DNA of 63,846 bases, counting the filler, from Collodictyon triciliatum (taxonomy: Eukaryota), in NCBI GenBank assembly GCA_043381765.1. It is 8 parts of 8 records of this genome, joined end to end, with 100 filler letters (N's around TTAATTAATTAA, not from the genome) between each part and the next. Parts side by side here need not be neighbours in the genome. Positions count along the whole stretch, not along the records: positions 50,006 to 58,234 come from JBHJMP010003520.1; positions 58,335 to 63,846 come from JBHJMP010003586.1; 6 more parts are not named here. One strand, written 5' to 3'. Below the pieces are notes generated by a model. It was not told the origin of the DNA. It ran no database searches and saw nothing but the letters and a program-made list of their open reading frames with translations. Positions 55,932 to 63,846 of this stretch are shown here, piece by piece (within the stretch, counting starts at the first letter, position 1; each line of letters begins with the position of its first letter). The translations under genes were made by a program, and so were the position numbers.

Positions 55932-57505
55932 TTATTTCTTTGACGAGCCGAATCCTCCGAAACCGAGAGCAGACATAATCTGGTCATCATTTCCGATACC
56001 TGGGTCTCTCTCCTCCTCTTTCTATAAAATACAGAATGATTGGTAACGCTTCCAAGATGTATGACAAATGATATAGTGAATAAAATACAGCCGAGAATTC
56101 TTTTTTTAAAAGTAGACAAACTTTAATCTTTTCTTTTTCTTTTCTCATTTTCTTTTTGGCCTCTTCCTCTGCTCTCCTTCTCTCCAAGCGCGCTTCAACA
56201 TCTATTGTATTTCGTGCCCAATTCAAAAAAAAATTAATTGAAGACCTGATGACAACGAACAAAAATAAAATAAAGTAAATAGTCGCTCTCAAACTAGCTT
56301 TCCTTTAATACAAAGTGAAAATGGATTAATGATATGCAATAAACCTTCGGAGGCTGTTGGCTCGGATGTCTTCTTCTTTATCAATTTCAAACGATCTCTG
56401 ACTTGGTCAACTGAGGAACGCTCGACTCTCATCGACATACCCAACGCCCGCTGGTCTGTAGAGTTTTCATGACATGTATTAATTTTCGAAATATCAGATG
56501 CTTAGAATAATCATAGAAAAAGTACGGGGTATTAACATTTGTGAAGATGATGCTGGACAGAGCGTGAATATGTTAACCTGAATTAAGGAGATTGAGAAAG
56601 AGCAAGCAAAATTAATTACGGTTTTTTCCGTTCACATGGTCCAGGTAGTTGAGGGAATCTTTCACAAGGCAATCGCACACTTGACAATAGTAGCCCGCTT
56701 GTTGATTTAGTGGTGTCTGACTCGTGACAATCCTTTGCTTCCCAACCTTTTTTTTTTTAAAAAAAAAAAAGTTAATTGAACAAATAAATCAAGAAGACTT
56801 TATAGAACAAGACTACAAATAAGGAAATACTAATATAACAGTGTGCGACCTACCGAAGAATCAATATCCACTTTTTCTACACGACCTTTCAGAGGAGCTC
56901 GTCGAACCCCCCAGTTGGCGGGTTTTCCTACGAGTGTAAATTGAATTTACATATATGAATATATTTTTAAAAATTCCACGTTCATTCACTTCCAAAAAAT
57001 TAATAGGAGAAAGAAAGACACTTGATAAATATGTCGAAAGATTATGTGTTTCTTTTCAATAGACTGAGTTGAGTAGATAAAAAAGAAGGGACCAAAAGAT
57101 AAAAGCCAGGTATGTAACATTATAAAGTTCGATACAGGGCTATATTGTGCAATTTAATAATACCATTATCGTCATCTTCCTCATCAGATGGAATCCCTTC
57201 ATATTTTGACTTATCCCATTTCCTTCGGGCGGTGTTATCCACACCAGCCCCTGACCTTGACTATAAGTTGATTTAGAAGAAAAAATTATCTCTGCAATTG
57301 ATATATTGCCCTGTTTGAGTTATTTTTATTTTATTCGATTTAATTGAAGGAGTATTTGTGTTCTAGTTTTTTTTTTAATTGATACATGATCTCATAATTA
57401 AATACATTTTCGATAAAGAATGTATTGACAAGACCCTGATGCAAATAGCATGGTATGCTAATGATGGATAAATGACAATATAGAGTTCAAACGCACGTTG
57501 GACAT
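55932..57505 (-). CDS. ZMAT2: Matrin-type zinc-finger spliceosomal protein ZMAT2/Snu23
   Basis: [58 protein letters not shown]-terminal [14 protein letters not shown]. Confidence 0.95.
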
Positions 57506-58637
57506 TGCCTCCTTTGGCACTTGTCGTTTGCTTTCGGTGCTACCTACACATACACAGACATAAATAAAAAAACATGTAAGCTTATGAGGCATGCAACATA
57601 GAAGAAAGCCAAAGGCTTCAAGGATCAGGCCATAGGGCTGCGACTTTGGATCCGATGAAGCACTTTCTTACAGACTGTGTGGTTAGAACAAAGCCAAACT
57701 TTTGACAAGAGCAGGGGAAAGAGCGCTTAGAAAGAAGTACGTAGGGATCATGGGAGGATTGATAGCTGTGCCACGGCAGTTTAGGCTGGTTGAAATGAAG
57801 CTACTGCTCCCGGCTTCTCTCGAGCGGTTGTGTTTTCGTGCCGATCTCGAGAAAAAAACGAGACTCTATTGCAGTTCCTCTCGCTTGGGCAGACCATTTG
57901 TCGGTTGTAGAAAGAGTATTCAAGAATCGGCATAAAATATATATACAGTTTAATATTACGGTCAAAAAGGAGCTCAAACAGTGGATATCTGTGAGGCACG
58001 ATTATATACATATAAATTCCACAATATATCGTATAAAGGAAAACGTCCACGACATTTGATTTTGAACCAAAAGTTAAGAATGGCTTAAGCGCGGTGCTTT
58101 GGGGTAGCCGGGATATGCAGGCTTTCTTTCAGAAGTAACAATAACAATAACAATAACAATAACAATAACAATAACAATAACAATAACAATAACAATAACA
58201 ATAACAATAACAATAACAATAACAATAACAATAANNNNNNNNNNNNNNNNNNNNNNNNNNNNNNNNNNNNNNNNNNNNTTAATTAATTAANNNNNNNNNN
58301 NNNNNNNNNNNNNNNNNNNNNNNNNNNNNNNNNNTTCTTTTTTCTTTTTTCTTTTTTCTTTTTTCTTTTTTCTTTTTTCTTTTTTCTTTTTTCTTTTTTC
58401 TTTTTTCTTTTTTCTTTTTTCTTTTTTCTTTTTTTTCCATTTTTTACTTTTCTGTTGGAAACTATTCGTGGTTTTTGTAACTTTCGATTGTTAAATTAAG
58501 CACAACCAAACGCATTTTAGTTTTGGTCATTCGATTATTTTTTTTCTTTTTAAAAAAATAAACAGGAAAATCACAATAAAATGGAATGACGAACGGTAGA
58601 GATACAAATAAACTCAAAAAATAGTATGGTGGCATAC

Positions 58638-59993
58638 CCTAAATTGAACCTGGTTTGCATCTTTGGATGATACATGAGACAATATTCCAATCATTTGCAC
58701 AATATCTGGATCAAAATTTGTAGGAGAAAGACCCACAGCGATATGAGAAGAGACAACCTACGACAATGGCAGATTTTATAAACAACCTTTCCTAGTCAAA
58801 AATGACGATGCAATCCGTTATAGAGTGCAAAGAGGTTCTTTACAGTTTAATACACACATTCCTTCAATGCCACAGAGAAAACATTGGAAAAAAAGTGAGA
58901 GTATTCAAAACGCAAAATATATAAATATCCCTCGGATCGATTAATCCCTCAAGTATGATTAAAGCCGGGTGATGCAAAAATCGAGTATGAAAAGGAATTA
59001 CTTCTGACAAGACTATATTGTCCCTGAATGCACAAACTCCAAGATGGTATGTGCTGACAAAGAATAGTTCTTTTTGAACCTGTTGAGGCTGAAGATTTAT
59101 GAATATTCCCTACAAATCCAGATATATGAGTGCGATATAGAAAAAACGTCACTTTCTCACCAAAACCATTCCTAAACATGGTTTCTCTTTCCAATTTGTG
59201 TCTCAATTACGTGTGTATATATATATATATCTATAAGGTCGATCTCAAAGCTTACCTGAATGTAAGGAATGGACACAGAGTTGTATACCCTCCAAAGCTC
59301 CTTTGTGCGTGATGATACAAGATGCGTCTCTAATCCGTGCAACTCAACCTGGATGTTATTTAATATCAATAAAAAAAAAAACCAGATTATTAACTCAGAG
59401 TTCCAATCAGGGAGATGAAATGATAAAAAGAAAAAACGCCCACCAGTATTGCTTTCATTATCTGGTTGAGTGTTGATTTGAGTCCTTGGACCAACACCGT
59501 AGCTGACCTGATTTAATCATACAAATATGCCAAGACAAAATTAAAAAAAGTTCGTATGAATATTTTTTGCCTATAGAAAGGATGAGAAAAGAAAAGGGGG
59601 TACATCAACTTGATTATAAGATGCTTTAAACATTATTTTCTTGATAAAAATAAATAGAGAGATAGAGATCCCACTTTGTCAGAATCATTTGGTTGACATA
59701 AAGAGCCAATGAGTCTATCGGCTCCTCACTCGTCCCAGAAACAACCATCTTTTCGATAGAACGCTGCACCTTTTCCCATTCATCACCTTTGCAAAGAATT
59801 CAAGAGTTGGACATTTTCCATAGAAGCGTTGAGAAAAAAAAAAGTAAAGAAAATTGGGTTGTAAATAAAAAAAAAATAGATAAAAAGAAAAAGATGCTGA
59901 AAAGAAAAGAAGCAAAAGAGATAAAGCAATTCAGCTATTGAATAAAACCTTCCAACTCGGCAATGCCCTCTGTTTGCGAACGATTGCGCGCAT
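58638..59993 (-). CDS. Multi-exon hypothetical protein, 3'-incomplete, Arg-rich N-terminus (possible mitochondrial presequence)
   Basis: MRAIVRKQRALPSWK| followed by open phase-0 GT-AG exons (VELHGLETHL..., GIFINLQPQQ..., VVSSHIAVGL...). The second-exon frame is not fully resolved. Confidence 0.5.
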
Positions 59994-60645
59994 GGCTGCG
60001 ATTTCTAAAAAGGATCGAGTATGCCGATCGACCGAACGACTCTGCCCTGCTTGCGGGCCCACGTCGATCGTTCCTTTACCAAATCAATAATGATGATGAA
60101 AAGAGAAATAATCAATAAAACGACCTTAAAAAAAAAAACATGAAAAGTAAAAACAATTAAAAAAAAAAGTTAATAAAATGACTATCAAAAAAAAAGCAAA
60201 ACTTACAACATTCACGACGCACTACGCACGGCTCTTGTTTGCTTGTCTTTTCCTTTGTGCCCAGGCAAACGCGCCCTGTGTTTCTCAAAGAGTTTGTGGC
60301 TGCCGTGTATTCAGCGATGAGAAGAGGCAGAGGCAGGTATGGGCGGATTCTCAGCAGAATGGTCAAATAATCCGTTTTTATGATAAGGAAATACTCGCAT
60401 AATAAAAGGAAATATCGATATTAACAGGAGCAGGAAACAGCAAGAGAAGGAGGGAATTCACAGAGAAGGAGCAGAACAAACTAGAGACTATCTTTTCAAG
60501 CAAGCACGAACAAAGGCTGGGAGGTGGGAGAAGAACAAAACAACAACGACGACAGGAATCAGACGCGCTGTGCGCCTGTGAAGCAGAGAGAGATGCGAGA
60601 ATGAGAATAGCAGAATGAGCCCAGGCAACAATCGCGAGGCAGGCA

Positions 60646-63629
<2,984 letters not shown>

Positions 63630-63846
63630 TTTTCCAGTAGAGTGGGGTGGCCCGGGTGACGATGCAGCAACTTTGCCCTGGTGTGAGTGAGAGACAGAGC
63701 GGATCGATTGAGCGATTTGATCGTCATCGGACGTGAGCAATGAGAGCGGGATTGTTGGCTGTGTCGAGAGCGAATCAACCGTTTGGAAAAGTGCCAAAGC
63801 ACAGTCGGACAGCGTCAGACAATCATTCTAATAAACGGTTTTTATT

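Overview
Eukaryotic, intron-rich protist DNA; an amoebozoan-like source is inferred from gene content (RegA-type PDE, LRR-TKL-SAM kinase) and is not certain. The window is not one locus. It is eight ~8.23-kb contigs joined by artificial 100-bp spacers (44 N + TTAATTAATTAA + 44 N), so adjacency across spacers is meaningless. Recognisable spliced genes: an LRR-only protein, NAA25, an LRR/Cys-rich/multi-TM receptor-like protein, an LRR-kinase-SAM protein, a C2-domain protein, a SPRY protein, a receiver-PDE (RegA-like), AAR2, aspartate aminotransferase, HMG-CoA synthase, DNAJC25, ZMAT2/Snu23 and an F-box/LRR protein. There are also decayed non-LTR retrotransposon pieces. The strongest unexplained signal is five copies of a tiny 22-30-nt poly(A)-tailed unit (CTTTGAATCGAATAAAGG-An); three have perfect 17-19-bp target-site duplications, the same three share a target motif, and three copies start at the same 5' base. 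Also notable are an intronless, virus-like ORF island (candidate endogenous virophage/Polinton-like element) and modular LRR genes with seven 69-nt one-repeat cassette exons, higher-order repeats and a shared cap module fused to different C-termini.
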